Positions 11,626-22,576 are shown, counted from the first letter of the stretch. The stretch: DNA of 64,000 nt from an uncultured Planctomycetaceae bacterium (GCA_963815195.1 CAWFGE010000020.1:384001-448000), one strand, 5' to 3'. The notes: generated from the sequence alone by a model not told the origin. Made by a program: numbers and translations.

Positions 11626-13224
11626 ATGGCGGGATGCCGGCGGAGCGGGAACGCAGCGGTTCCCATTCCGCCGGGCGAATTGGTCGGGGCTTCCGTGGGG
11701 ATTGGACATCGGCTGCGGGATGGTTTTCGGGCGGAGGTTCCCGAAGAAAACTGGCAACGGCGGAAAGTGGTGATCGTCGGAGCGGGCATGGCGGGATTGT
11801 CCGCGGCCCGCAGACTCCGGCGGGGCGGGGTCGAGGATTTCTCGATCCTGGAACTCGAACCACAGCCTGGGGGCACGTCGCAGTTCGGGAAATCCAAAGA
11901 AGCCGTGGTCCAATATCCCTGGGGAGCCCATTACCTCCCGGCCCCGACGAAAGACAATCCCGACTTGGTCGAGCTGTTGGAGGAAATGCACATTCTGGAA
12001 GGCCGGTCCGACGGCGGCGATCCGATCGTGGCCGAGCAGTTCCTCTGCCGGGATCCAGAGGAAAGAATCTTTTATCAGGGGAAGTGGTACGAGGGTCTGT
12101 ATCCGGGCATTGATGCTTCTGAAGACGACCTTCGGCAGTTCCAGGCGTTCCAGGCAGAGATCGACCGCTGGGCCGGTTGGCGGGACGAGCGAGGCCGGCG
12201 GGCGTTCGCGCTGCCGCGGGCGCTGAGTTCCGATGATGCCGAGGTCACGGGGCTCGATCGGCTGAGCATGGCGGATTGGCTCAAACAGCGAGGCTGGGAT
12301 TCGCCCAAGCTCCGCTGGTGGGTGGATTATGCGTGCCGGGATGATTATGGACTGCATTTGGATCAAACCAGCGCCTGGGCCGGGGTATTTTATTTCGTCT
12401 CCCGCAAGCCCGAACCGGGCCAACCCACGCGGCCGTTCATCACCTGGCCCGAAGGCAACGGGCGGATTGTGAAGCATCTTATGGCCGGTTTGAAGGATCG
12501 CCTGGAAACCGGCTGGGCGGTGCTGGATGTCAACCCGGTCGAGCGGGACGGAAAACCCGGCGTGGATGTGATTGCCATAAACCACGAAGGCACAAACGCC
12601 CGCGGCCTTCATGCCGACCGCGTCATCTTCGCGGCCCCGCAGTTTTTGGTGCCTTACATCCTCCGGCCTTACCGCGACAAGCCACCTGGGCACATTAAAT
12701 CCTTTGGTTACGGTTCCTGGGCGGTGGCGAATTTGATTCTGAAGGACCGGCCCGCCGAGGACAATGGCTTTCCCTTGTGCTGGGACAATGTATTTTACCA
12801 AAGCCAATCCTTGGGCTACGTTTCCGCGACGCATCAGCGGGGACTGGATTACGGGCCGACGGTGTTTACGTGGTATTATCCGCTGTGCGACGAGAATCCC
12901 CTTAAGGCCCGCGAGCGATTGCTGAGCGCCAACCGCGAAGAATGGGCGGAGATCGCGCTCGCCGACATCGCATCCGCCCATCCGGAGATTCGCAATCTGA
13001 CGGAGCGGTTGGATGTGATGCGCTGGGGCCATGCAATGGTTCGCCCCGTTCCCGGTTTCGCCTGGAGCACCGCACGAAGCGAGGCCGCGAAACCATTCCG
13101 GGGCATTCACTTCGCCCACTCCGACCTCAGCGGGCTTGCGCTGTTTGAAGAGGCGTTCTACCAAGGCAACCGCGCCGCGGCGGAAATTCTCAACGAATGG
13201 AAAACAGGCGGGCGGCCGGCGTAA
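11578..13224 (+). CDS. FAD-dependent oxidoreductase (flavin amine oxidase-like), with Tat-like/lipoprotein signal
   Basis: N-terminal NRRELL...AMAGC, Rossmann motif VVIVGAGMAGLSAA, PWGAHY, and C-terminal FAHSDLSGLALFEEAFYQG. Confidence 0.85.
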   Translation: MNRRELLTAFLGLPIAMAGCRRSGNAAVPIPPGELVGASVGIGHRLRDGFRAEVPEENWQRRKVVIVGAGMAGLSAARRLRRGGVEDFSILELEPQPGGTSQFGKSKEAVVQYPWGAHYLPAPTKDNPDLVELLEEMHILEGRSDGGDPIVAEQFLCRDPEERIFYQGKWYEGLYPGIDASEDDLRQFQAFQAEIDRWAGWRDERGRRAFALPRALSSDDAEVTGLDRLSMADWLKQRGWDSPKLRWWVDYACRDDYGLHLDQTSAWAGVFYFVSRKPEPGQPTRPFITWPEGNGRIVKHLMAGLKDRLETGWAVLDVNPVERDGKPGVDVIAINHEGTNARGLHADRVIFAAPQFLVPYILRPYRDKPPGHIKSFGYGSWAVANLILKDRPAEDNGFPLCWDNVFYQSQSLGYVSATHQRGLDYGPTVFTWYYPLCDENPLKARERLLSANREEWAEIALADIASAHPEIRNLTERLDVMRWGHAMVRPVPGFAWSTARSEAAKPFRGIHFAHSDLSGLALFEEAFYQGNRAAAEILNEWKTGGRPA

Positions 13225-13310
13225 GCCGGCCGGTTGTTGGCAATCGCTATGATGCGCGCCGACGAATGTCGAAGCTCGAATTCGAGATGTGTAATAGGTC
13301 CCCGTAGAAA

Positions 13311-13347
13311 AACTCACCCCAGCGGAATCTCGCCGCTGGGGTGAGTT
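13311..13347. terminator. Perfect 15-bp stem hairpin between convergent genes
   Basis: AACTCACCCCAGCGG-AATCTCG-CCGCTGGGGTGAGTT, with an A-run on the left and T-rich sequence on the right. Confidence 0.6.
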
Positions 13348-13432
13348 GTTGGTTTTGGAGCTTCGACTCAGAAATCATTCTTCGGGCAAACGCAATGCGG
13401 GGACAATGCGTTCCCGCGGATAACGGGCGGGC

Positions 13433-13597
13433 GGGTGGCTGGGGCGCAATGGAATATTCCAAGGAAAAAGCAGATTTGAGGTCTGGGGCCGTGTGAAATT
13501 TTTCTCGCTCGGCCATAGCCCCAGCATTCACAGTTCAAGCCTTACTCCAAGGGGAATTTGCGCCCAGCCACCCAAACGCTTACAGTTTGAGTTATTA
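13433..13597 (+). repeat. Third, diverged copy of the GGGTGGCTGGGGCGCA-bounded element
   Basis: Same IR ends, same internal CTGGGGCCGTG...GCCCCAG, and same tail AAACGCTTACAGTTTGAGTTATTA. Confidence 0.85.
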
Positions 13598-13616
13598 TTG
13601 GAGGATTCAGAGATTA

Positions 13617-16025
13617 TTACTCTCGCAAACGCATCCTGGGAACAATGCGTTCTCGAGGATAGCGCGCGAGAAAGGTTTTGAAATCGACGGGGAAAGATAG
13701 CTGAATGCTCCGTGTTTGAAATCCTTTGCGGATGGCATTGCTGGCCCCCCATTCTTCTTGGTCGAGCGTCTTGTCATTGTTTTTATCGAGTCTCGGAAAA
13801 ACAAAAGCTGCTTCGGCGGCGGCGCTGGGCTTCTCGGCGTTTTCATCATCGTCGCCATCATCATCATCGCCTTCTTCTTCGCGGTCGCCTTCCCGCTTTT
13901 CGCGAGCTTCTTCACGGGCTTTTTCGAGGCGTTCCTGATCGCCTTCGCGCTCGGCCCCTTCGCGGCGTTCGCCTTCGGCCCCTTCGCGACTGACGCGAGC
14001 GCGTCCGCCTTCACGGATCTCGATTCGGAATCGCTGGCCTTCGCCTTTGATTTCCCGCTCGGCCCCTTCGCGGCGTTCGCCTTCGCGTTCTCGTTCCGCG
14101 CCTTCACGGCGTTCGCCTTCCCGTTCCCGTTCCGCGCCTTCACGGCGTTCGCCTTCCCGTTCCCGTTCCGCCCCTTCGCGGCGTTCGCCTTCCCGTTCGG
14201 GGCGTCGGACTTCGGGGCGGACAATGCGGGGCGGTTCGCCCTTGCGAAGCTCAAGCCGGACGCCGCCTTCACGCATCGGGCCGACGCCGGGACGGGGGCC
14301 GCGGGCTTCGCGGAGTTCACGGACTTCCTGGCGGAGTTGTTCGACTTCGCGGCGGAGATCGCGGATGGCTTCGAGCAATTCCCCTTGCGGGCCGGGCCGG
14401 AAATCGCCTTCGCGACCGCGGGGCCGATCGCCGTCGCGCGGGCCTTCGCCTTCCCGCGGACCTTCTCCATCCCGGCGGAAACCGCGCACTCCCGGCGGGA
14501 ACGGTCCCCGCGGTCCTGCGCCGTCACGCGAACGCGGCGGGAATTGCGGAGGCCGGCGCGGTCCTGCGCCTTCGCGCGGCGGCTGGTCGCCGTCGCGCGG
14601 ACCTTCACCGCGCGGCCGGTCGCCGTCGCGCGGACCTTCACCGCGCGGCCGATCGCCGTCGCGCGGACCTTCACCGCGCGGCCGGTCGCCGTCGCGCCGA
14701 GCGTCAGGCCGGTCACGATCGCCGCGTTCCCTGTCGCCGCGCTCGCGGTCGCCGTCTTCATCGTCGTCGGCTTGGGCCACGAGCTTGTCATCATCGCCCG
14801 CGGCTTTGGCGGGGAGCATCATCGCCCCCACCCACAAGCCCGCCGGGATCGCGAGCACCAACGCGCCCGCGAGAAGCCGCGACGCCGCGCCCGTCCGCGG
14901 GGTGTCGCCTAAAATATGCCGAACACGTTCGAGCAGCACCATGTTCTTACCTCCCATTCCAGTTGCCAGGATCGGACCAACAAGTTTCGCCGGGCGGTTC
15001 GCGGTTTGAAGCTCCGCGACGACCGCCAGCGTTTTCACATATTGCAAAGGGTCTCCCGTGAGAGACGCCGCCCAGAAGTCGGCACACTTTTCGCGTTCCC
15101 GGTCCATCTGCCGCGAAAGCCACCACACGGCTGGGTGATAAAACAGCCAGGCTTCCAACACCCGCTGAAACAAATTCGCCCACGCATCAAAGCGGCGGAT
15201 GTGCGCGAGCTCGTGGGCCAAGACGGATTCCAAAACGCCGGGCGGAAGCTTCAAGAGCCACGCCGCCGGAAGCACAATCATCGGCCGGAACAGTCCCAGC
15301 GAAAAGGCATCGCCGGCTTGGAACGAGGCCGCCAATCGCGGCGGACGGGCCAAGCCGAGTTGATGCGATAAACGCTCCAACAGTTTCAGGGATTGGAGAT
15401 CGGTGACGGGCAGTGAAGACCAGCGGCACCAAAGCACCGTGCCCACTCCGCCCAACAACCGCATCCCGAAAATCATCACCCCCAAAAACCAACCGCCGAG
15501 TAGCATAGGCGTCAGCAGATTTTGAGATTCCGTCTGCGAAGGCTCCTGAAACGTTGAAGCTGTCGGTGCCAATTTCGCTGAAGGTTTGGATGCCGGCGAC
15601 GAAAGGGATTCCTGATTCTGGTCCCCTCTCCCCTTGGGAGAGCCACCCTGCGGGCGGTGTCCGGTTAGGGTGACGGGGCCTTCAGATTGAACATGCTGGA
15701 ACGAATCGTTCCGCGCACTGCCCGAAGAGTCATCCAGCGGATTTGCCAGCGGATGTTCTTCTTTGGAGAGAATCGCCAAAGTCGCCGGTGCCCTGTCCTT
15801 TGGCTGCGGAACTTCGACGAGCCAAAAAGTCGCGGCCATCGCGGCGGGCATCGTTAACAAGCCCGCCATGCCGAGGGCATACCGCGCGCGGGCGGAGTGC
15901 ACCGCGAAGAGTTTGACGACCGTCCAATACAGCCACGCGATCAACAGACCCTGCCACAGGAAGTGCAGATGCATCGCCGCCAGTCTCGGCCAGAGGGGCT
16001 GCGCGAAAAACGCGGGTCCGCTCAT
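13617..16025 (-). CDS. BlaR1-like M56 family metallopeptidase with charged tandem repeats and a C-terminal EF-hand-like motif
   Basis: HFLWQG, VLAHELAHIRRFD (HExxH), FYHPAVWW and REKCAD motifs; GEGPRDGDRPR and EREREGERREGA repeats; DKNNDKTLDQEE loop. Confidence 0.9.
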   Translation of the reverse strand: MSGPAFFAQPLWPRLAAMHLHFLWQGLLIAWLYWTVVKLFAVHSARARYALGMAGLLTMPAAMAATFWLVEVPQPKDRAPATLAILSKEEHPLANPLDDSSGSARNDSFQHVQSEGPVTLTGHRPQGGSPKGRGDQNQESLSSPASKPSAKLAPTASTFQEPSQTESQNLLTPMLLGGWFLGVMIFGMRLLGGVGTVLWCRWSSLPVTDLQSLKLLERLSHQLGLARPPRLAASFQAGDAFSLGLFRPMIVLPAAWLLKLPPGVLESVLAHELAHIRRFDAWANLFQRVLEAWLFYHPAVWWLSRQMDREREKCADFWAASLTGDPLQYVKTLAVVAELQTANRPAKLVGPILATGMGGKNMVLLERVRHILGDTPRTGAASRLLAGALVLAIPAGLWVGAMMLPAKAAGDDDKLVAQADDDEDGDRERGDRERGDRDRPDARRDGDRPRGEGPRDGDRPRGEGPRDGDRPRGEGPRDGDQPPREGAGPRRPPQFPPRSRDGAGPRGPFPPGVRGFRRDGEGPREGEGPRDGDRPRGREGDFRPGPQGELLEAIRDLRREVEQLRQEVRELREARGPRPGVGPMREGGVRLELRKGEPPRIVRPEVRRPEREGERREGAEREREGERREGAEREREGERREGAEREREGERREGAEREIKGEGQRFRIEIREGGRARVSREGAEGERREGAEREGDQERLEKAREEAREKREGDREEEGDDDDGDDDENAEKPSAAAEAAFVFPRLDKNNDKTLDQEEWGASNAIRKGFQTRSIQLSFPVDFKTFLARYPRERIVPRMRLRE

Positions 16026-16423
16026 GGGATGTCCTCCCGGTGCGATTCATAAGCGGCAATCGCTTCGCGGATGGCGTCGAGTTCCTCTTCACTGGGGCTG
16101 GCCTGATTGAGCAAATGCGTGACCAGCGAACTCGTCGAGCCGTCGAAGGCCCGCTTCCACAAATCGCCCACCATGCCGGACAGGGTTTTCTCGCGGGGCA
16201 GCTTGGCGGCGTACAAAAACGCCCGGCCCCGCCTCGTCCGCGAGAGCAGTTTCTTGTCGGCCATCACGTTGAGCAAACTCATCACCGATGTGTAGGCCCG
16301 ATCCTTGTCGCGTTCCCGCAGCTCTTCCATCACGTCGCGCACCGTCAAAGGTCCGGAGTCCCAGAGAATCTTGAGAATCTCCAATTCCGCCGGCGTCGGA
16401 TGTTGCGTCTTGGGCCTGGGCAT
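16022..16423 (-). CDS. BlaI/MecI/CopY family transcriptional repressor
   Basis: PTPAELEILKILWDSGPLTVRDV, AYTSVMSLL, RGRAFLY and FDGSTSSLVTHLL motifs; ATGA overlap with the M56 gene. Confidence 0.92.
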   Translation of the reverse strand: MPRPKTQHPTPAELEILKILWDSGPLTVRDVMEELRERDKDRAYTSVMSLLNVMADKKLLSRTRRGRAFLYAAKLPREKTLSGMVGDLWKRAFDGSTSSLVTHLLNQASPSEEELDAIREAIAAYESHREDIP

Positions 16424-16530
16424 ATCGATCACCATCCCATCCCGTTGCGAATGCGTTCTTTTGCCATGCTTCCGATAATACGGATAAAACCGTATTTGTC
16501 AACGGTAAAAACAGTAGACTTGCGGGGCAC

Positions 16531-16659
16531 AGGCCGCAAAGGAGCAAAGGCCACAAAGGGGAAGGCAAAAAACAGAGAGCGGAGAGCCGCACATGGAATC
16601 GGCTCTCCGCTCTGTTTTTCACTTTGTCCCTATGTGGCCTCTGTAGGCTTTTGTGGCCT
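16531..16659. repeat. Long imperfect inverted repeat built from (G/C)CAAAGG-type subrepeats
   Basis: AGGCCGCAAA...GGCCACAAAGGG...AAAAACAGAG..CGGAGAGCCG / CGGCTCTCCGCTCTGTTTTT...CCCTATGTGGCC...TTTGTGGCCT. A partial related copy lies at ~57283-57316. Confidence 0.7.
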
Positions 16660-16664
16660 GGAAA

Positions 16665-17717
16665 CTAGAACGCGCCGAGCGGTTCTTTGTCCTTGGGATT
16701 GCAGAGGCGGCGGATGGTGTGGCGGTTGATGTTTTCGGAAATGAAGTGCACGCTCCCGTCGCCCAACAGAGCGTGGCAGCCGCCGGTGTGCTGGCTGAAC
16801 GGCTCATCGTTGGGGCCGCAGTTGTTTGTGGCCCAAGGGCATCCCGCGGGGCCGCCGTCGGGAGTGGGGTTGTTGTTGATGATGTTGTTGGAACCCGATC
16901 CCAAGTTGGGGGGTCCGGACACGCCGCTGCCGTTGTCCGGGTCGGCCCAGCGGTTGGGAGCCCCATAGGGCCCGCCAAACGAGCCGGGGACCTGGTCGGC
17001 GGTGGCGAACAACTGGCTCTGATCGATGCCAAAACCGCTGCCGCCCAAGAGCCGTGCGCCCTGGTTGTAATGCCCGGCCGTTTGAGTGGGCCGACCGGCG
17101 TCTTCGATCACCAGCACGGTATTGCTCAGCCCGTCCACGACATACGCCATGGGGTTACAGAAGCCCAAGGCCCCGCCGCGGTCGGCCCCCAAACTGCCCC
17201 CGCCGCTCGGATTCCGCAATCCGGTGACCGGGTCGATGTCTACATAGGCGACCGGCATGTAGTCGGTGTTCCCGTAGCCCAGGCCGTCGACTTGGGTGGT
17301 CGCGTTCGACGGGCACAGATAGATGGAAATCGGCGTCTTGGCGAGCGTCTGGTTGGCGGCGTTGGTGTAGTGGACTTCTTTGTTCCAGCGCTGGAAGATC
17401 GCCGCCTGGTCCACGAAGGACAAAATCGCGGTGTGCATCGAGACGGGGAACATCTTGCGCGTGATGTTTTTCTCATCCGTGCTTTCGCCGGAAGACGGGA
17501 GCCGCTTGTAAGTTGTGTTGTATGTATGGATGGCGATGCCGATTTGCTTGAGATTGTTTTTACACTGGGACTGCCGGGCGGCTTCCCGGGCCTGCTGCAC
17601 GGCGGGCAACAATAACGCGATCAGAATGGCGATGATGGCGATAACCACCAGCAGCTCGATGAGGGTAAACCCTCGCGAGCGGAACCGGTTTTTCAGCGCG
17701 GGGGATTTCGGGTTCAT
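16665..17717 (-). CDS. DUF1559 domain protein with prepilin-type N-terminal methylation motif
   Basis: [48 protein letters not shown], and [16 protein letters not shown] (H-X9-DG). Confidence 0.95.
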   Translation of the reverse strand: MNPKSPALKNRFRSRGFTLIELLVVIAIIAILIALLLPAVQQAREAARQSQCKNNLKQIGIAIHTYNTTYKRLPSSGESTDEKNITRKMFPVSMHTAILSFVDQAAIFQRWNKEVHYTNAANQTLAKTPISIYLCPSNATTQVDGLGYGNTDYMPVAYVDIDPVTGLRNPSGGGSLGADRGGALGFCNPMAYVVDGLSNTVLVIEDAGRPTQTAGHYNQGARLLGGSGFGIDQSQLFATADQVPGSFGGPYGAPNRWADPDNGSGVSGPPNLGSGSNNIINNNPTPDGGPAGCPWATNNCGPNDEPFSQHTGGCHALLGDGSVHFISENINRHTIRRLCNPKDKEPLGAF

Positions 17718-18656
17718 TCAAACACTCCTGAGGTTCTCGAACGAAGAAGCAGACCTACCGTTGCCGCACCTTGCGGCGAGGTGTTCACACAAAACAGTTT
17801 CAAAGTGAAGTCGGATTGAGGACGCCCCGGGCTCACGATCAATGCTTCATGGCGAGTTGGACATCCCACGAGATTTTGAGGCGGGGTTTTATGGAGGGAA
17901 AAAGCCGGCCCGTTTGCCAAACGCGTCGGGAGCATGTTAAGGCCGGATTGTTTAGGTTTTATGAACGAAAGGTGAAGTCTAAAGGAAATTCCCGGTCCAA
18001 CGTTTTGGGAGCGCGGTGCGCGTTTGGTCTTCGTTCGGCGATCGCCCCTGGCTGCGGGGAAACTCCGCGGGCGGTTTTCCGTTTTCGCCCAAGTCGCGCT
18101 CAAAACCATCGGGAATTCATCTTTCATTCAAGCGCCGCGCCGAACTTTGCCGTAGAGGATCGTCGGGATTGTGCCGCTGTGAAGAAGGATCAAATCAATT
18201 TGCGTGTATCAGAAAGGTCACCGTGTTGAGGTTCATGAAACCTTCCCCAGGAACGGCGGGAGGCATTTCCCCCGGTGATTCTCTAGCGCGGACATGCTAG
18301 GTGGGGAATGTGTGGTTTTTATGAAGGAAAGGTGAATAGCTGAAGAATCTGAAACCGCGTTTCGGCCGGCCGCCGCGTCCAGCGGATCGCGGCGGACCAA
18401 TCGGCGCAAACCGTTCCGCCGCCGCCATCCTTCTTCCCGGCAATTCCGGGAGAAAATCGCGTGACCTGGAGATTTTGACGTTTCGACCCGCGTCGGGGCA
18501 CATCGCGGAGAGATCTATTCACTAAACTTTCGTGTCGGCAAGGTGAACGTTCCGCTTTCGGTCTGCGATTGCGCGGACGCGGCATTCGCAAACGGAACCG
18601 TCCTTCTCACTTTTCATTTCCTTCGCCCACATCTCTTCGATCGAATCGATCTCGCA

Positions 18657-19952
18657 ATGACGTCTTCATCCGCCGATTACAAATGTGTGCCGATTACCAC
18701 GCTTCGCATGGGGACGACGCTCAAGGAGCCGATCTTTGAAGCCGACAGCGCGCCGGAAAAGATCTGTTGCTGCTCGCCGCCGGTCATCAACTCACGCAGA
18801 ACGTGGTGGACCAGTTGGTGAAGCGGGGGATTTCGGAGGTGCGGGTTTCGCTGCGCGAGCTCGAGCGGTTGTCCAAACCTCAAGGCTCGCTCGCCGAACG
18901 AAACCCCGCCGCGGCGGCGGCGGTGAAACGGGCAAGCCAAGAAGAGTTCCGCGACGCCGTCGAACGGTTCAGCATTTCGCCGCAGTCGCATCTTCATCAC
19001 GTGAAGCGGCACGGGGCCATCACCTACCCGCCGGCCGGCATCGAGAAAGTCTTGGACAACTACCAAAAGACCACCGATCAGGTCGATATGCTCTTGGACG
19101 GATTATGCCAGGGCAACATGCCGAGTTCGGCCCAGATGGCGGGGGCTTCGCAAGAGTCGTTGGACCTCATCGCCGACGACATCGATTTGGTGGTCGCATT
19201 GGGCCTGAACCCGGCCGACGAACTTTATTCCTCCCAGCATAGCCTGCAGACGGCGATGCTCGCGATGGCGGTCGGAACGACCCTCGGGCTCAAGCGAGAC
19301 GAACTGGTGGAACTGGGCATCGGCTGCCTGGTCCACGACGCGGGCATGCGGTTCGTTCCGCAGGAACTCATCCAGGCGAACCGAAAGCTCACGGACATCG
19401 AGTTTTTGGAAATCACCAAGCATCCCATCATCACGTTCGAGCTTCTGCAGAACACGCCCGACGTGCCCACCGGCTCGCGGATGGTCGCCTATCAAATGCA
19501 CGAGCGACTCAACGGCACGGGCTACCCCCGCCAGCGGCACGGCACGCAAATCCATCCGCTGGCCCGCATCGCCATGGTCGCGGACACCTTCGTGGCCATG
19601 GTCTCGCCCCGCCCCCATCGCCTCGGCATGCTGCCTTACAAAGTCATGCAGTACATGCTCCTGGCGGTGAAGCACGGGCTGTTCGACGCCAACGTCGTGC
19701 GGGGACTCCTGCAAACCACGTCGCTGTTTCCGATCGGATCTTATGTGGAACTCAACGACGGCCGCACGGCCCGGGTCGTCCGCGCCCATCGGGAATTATT
19801 CAATAAGCCCGTTGTGGAAATCGAGGCCTGAAAGCTCGGCCGGGGATCCGGAACTCATCGACACCGCGGCCGAGTCGGATTGCGAGATCGTCCGCGCTCT
19901 GCCCCTGCCGTCCCTGCGGATTAAAGACACCGTCTTCGCCACCGCCGGTTAA
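18657..19952 (+). CDS. HD-GYP domain phosphodiesterase (c-di-GMP); frameshifted near 18765 and 19828
   Basis: LVHDAG, HERLNGTGYPRQ, ARIAMVADTFVAM and FPIGSYVELNDG motifs. The N-terminus (MTSSSADY...) and C-terminus (...EIVRALPLPSLRIKDTVFATAG*) are in other frames. Confidence 0.85.
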
Positions 19953-20030
19953 AAACACGGCGATAGACATGATGAAACGTGTTGTGCTTCCGATTTCCAG
20001 CGGAATACATCCAGCATTGCGCACGGTGAT

Positions 20031-21833
20031 TCAGGAATTCGGGGCGACGAGATTGAAGGCTTCGAGCAATTGGTCCAAGGCTTTCTTGCCCAAGTCGGCG
20101 GCGACGACGGCGCTCATGCGGACTTCGCTGGTGTTGATGAGCTGCACGTTGATTCCCGCTTCCGACAGCGCCCGAAACGCCCGTTCGCCGACGCCGGTGT
20201 GGCTCCGCAGGCCGATGCCCATGATCGACAGCTTCGCGATGTCCCGGTCGAAGCTCAGTTCCACCTGGTCCCATTGCTCGAGCACTTCCCGCGTGAGCAA
20301 CAGGCATTGATCGAGGTCTTCCCGCGGGACCGTAAACGACAGCCGCGTGCGTCCGCTGTGGCTCACGTTTTGCACGATCATATCCACCATGATCCCGCCC
20401 TCGGCCACCGCGGTGAAAATCGCCCCCGCGACGCCGGGCACATCGGGCAGATTGGTCAGCGTCACGCGGGCCTGGTCGGCATCGAGTTCCACTTCGCTCA
20501 CCACGATGTCTTCCATCGACGCCAGCCCCGCGACGACTTCCCGCTCCAATTCCTCGCGGGCTTCGCTCGAGTGTTGGTGCTTGTCCCGGCTTTGGAAACC
20601 GACGTTGGGCTGGCTTTGCACCGGTTCGTGCAGTTTGAAGCCGTCGTGCACTGCTTGGACCGCGGCTTCAGATTGGCTGCGATCCACCAGCACCGAGATT
20701 TTGATTTCGCTCGTCGTCACCATGCCGATGTTGATATTCGCCTCGGCCAGGACGGAAAACATCTGGGCCGCGACGCCGGTGTGGGCCTTCATCCCGCTGC
20801 CCACGGCGGAGACTTTGGAGACGTTCGTCCCATGCAGCACCTTGCCGGAGCCGAGTTGCTTCACCGCCGTCTGGGCGGCGGTGAGGGCGTCGGCGAGTTC
20901 GTTTTCCGGAACCGTGAAGGAAACCTCCGCGAGACCCCCGCTGCCCACGTCCTGCACGACCATGTCGATGGGGATCTTTCGCTGGGCCATTTGGGAGAAG
21001 ATCAAGCTCATCACGCCGGGCCGGTCGGGGATGTCGCACAGCGAGACGCGGGCTTCGTTCCGCACCAAGGCCACGCCGGTGACCACGGGCGGTTGGGCCA
21101 ATCCCTGGGAAGAGATCAACGTGCCTTCGCCGTCGGAATAGGAGGGCCTTACCCGCAGCGGCACGCGATATTTCTTGGCGAACTCGATCGAGCGGGAGTG
21201 CATCACGCCCGCGCCCAGGCTGGCGAGTTCCAGCATTTCATCGTAGGTGATGTGGTCGATCTTGCGGGCGGATTGGACGAGCCGGGGATCGGTGGTGAAG
21301 ACGCCTTCCACGTCGGTGTAGATTTCGCACTCGGCCGCCTCCAACACCGCCGCGAGCGCCGCCGCGGTGGAATCACTGCCGCCGCGCCCGAGCGTGGTGA
21401 TGTTGAGGTCTTCATCCACGCCCTGAAAGCCGCAGGCGATGATGATTTTCCCCGCATCGAGAGCCGAACGCATGCGGTCGGTGGAGATGTGCCGGATGCG
21501 GGCTTTGGTGTGGGACGAGTCGGTGACGATCCCGATCTGCCCGCCGGTGAAACTCACCGCTTCCACGCCCAAAGCTTGGACAGCCATCGCGGTGAGGGCC
21601 ACGGATTCCTGCTCGCCGGTGGAGAGCAGCATGTCCATTTCACGGGGCGGCGGGGCATCGGTGATCTCCTGGGCGAGCGAGACCAATTCATCCGTCTTCT
21701 TGCCCCGGGCGCTCACGACTACGACCACCTGGTGGCCTTCCCGCATTTTCCGAACGGCCCGCTCTGCCGCGGCTTTGATCTTCGTGGCGTCCGCGACACT
21801 GGTCCCGCCAAACTTTTGCACAATGACTGACAC
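20031..21833 (-). CDS. lysC: Aspartate kinase with extended (four ACT) regulatory region
   Basis: [19 protein letters not shown] and [13 protein letters not shown] motifs; two ACT pairs ending TTSEIKIS and NTSEVRMS. Confidence 0.95.
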   Translation of the reverse strand: MSVIVQKFGGTSVADATKIKAAAERAVRKMREGHQVVVVVSARGKKTDELVSLAQEITDAPPPREMDMLLSTGEQESVALTAMAVQALGVEAVSFTGGQIGIVTDSSHTKARIRHISTDRMRSALDAGKIIIACGFQGVDEDLNITTLGRGGSDSTAAALAAVLEAAECEIYTDVEGVFTTDPRLVQSARKIDHITYDEMLELASLGAGVMHSRSIEFAKKYRVPLRVRPSYSDGEGTLISSQGLAQPPVVTGVALVRNEARVSLCDIPDRPGVMSLIFSQMAQRKIPIDMVVQDVGSGGLAEVSFTVPENELADALTAAQTAVKQLGSGKVLHGTNVSKVSAVGSGMKAHTGVAAQMFSVLAEANINIGMVTTSEIKISVLVDRSQSEAAVQAVHDGFKLHEPVQSQPNVGFQSRDKHQHSSEAREELEREVVAGLASMEDIVVSEVELDADQARVTLTNLPDVPGVAGAIFTAVAEGGIMVDMIVQNVSHSGRTRLSFTVPREDLDQCLLLTREVLEQWDQVELSFDRDIAKLSIMGIGLRSHTGVGERAFRALSEAGINVQLINTSEVRMSAVVAADLGKKALDQLLEAFNLVAPNS

Positions 21834-21922
21834 GGTTTTGACCTATGGGATTTTCGGTTCAGATGTAAGTTTCAAAAGACGTTGTCCGGCGAGCCGATCC
21901 GCGAAGGGACCGTTCGAGATGC

Positions 21923-21982
21923 ATTAGCCGAAATCCGCTCGCGCCCGGTTTTTCCCGTGAACCGGAGCGCCCAGGGGCTAAT
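21923..21982. repeat. Degenerate REPIN (REP family B doublet)
   Basis: ATTAGCCG...CCGGTT / AACCGG...GGCTAAT, matching the doublet at 51896-51960. Confidence 0.55.
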
Positions 21983-22069
21983 GAATGTGAGAACGACTCG
22001 GGTCGATGGCGCCGTTTGAGGATAGCAAACCCGCGAAGTCCCGAAAATGGAACAAGACCTCGCGTTTCT

Positions 22070-22480
22070 TCACTCGCCGCGGATCGGCACGGGGCGGCGT
22101 TCGTCGCCTTCGAATTGGACGGAGACGAAGGTTACGTCGGCTTCGGTCAGTTTTTGCGGGCTCTGGTCCCGCTCGGCTTCGACTACGACATGCACGCCGA
22201 GCGACGTCCGCCCGACACGGGTGACCGTCGTCCAAAAGCTGAGCACATCCCCCACGAACACCGGCTGGTGGAACTCCACGCTCTGGATGCCCACCGTCAC
22301 CAAAGGCTGATGCGGCCAGCCGGCCTGGGCCACCGCATGCCCCGCCCCGATCGCCCCGGCCTGATCGATGTAGCTCAAGAGCACGCCGCCGAAGATCGTC
22401 CCGTGCTGGTTCGTGTCCCGGGGCATCATCAGTGCCTTGAGCGCCAAGTACCGGGGCAACGATTCAAGTTTGTCCGACAT
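22070..22480 (-). CDS. Acyl-CoA thioesterase (hotdog fold, YciA-like)
   Basis: MMPRDTNQHGTIFGGVLLSYID, PVFVGD and VGRTS motifs. Confidence 0.92.
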   Translation of the reverse strand: MSDKLESLPRYLALKALMMPRDTNQHGTIFGGVLLSYIDQAGAIGAGHAVAQAGWPHQPLVTVGIQSVEFHQPVFVGDVLSFWTTVTRVGRTSLGVHVVVEAERDQSPQKLTEADVTFVSVQFEGDERRPVPIRGE

Positions 22481-22576
22481 GGAAAATCCTCTCTCTGGCT
22501 CTTCCGCTCAGGGGTTGTGATTTTTTGCGTAGCGGCGGCTTCCAGCCGCCGACTGGAGAGCATGATTCCCGCGTAA

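Noticed and set aside
14050..14700. 33/36-bp repeats as CRISPR or non-coding repeats
   Set aside because: They are contiguous, in-frame coding repeats of the M56 protein with no spacers.
17718..18656. c-di-GMP riboswitch near the HD-GYP or DUF1559 genes
   Set aside because: The GGCAAA occurrences lack the following GNRA hairpin and GCAAAGC pattern of class I aptamers.
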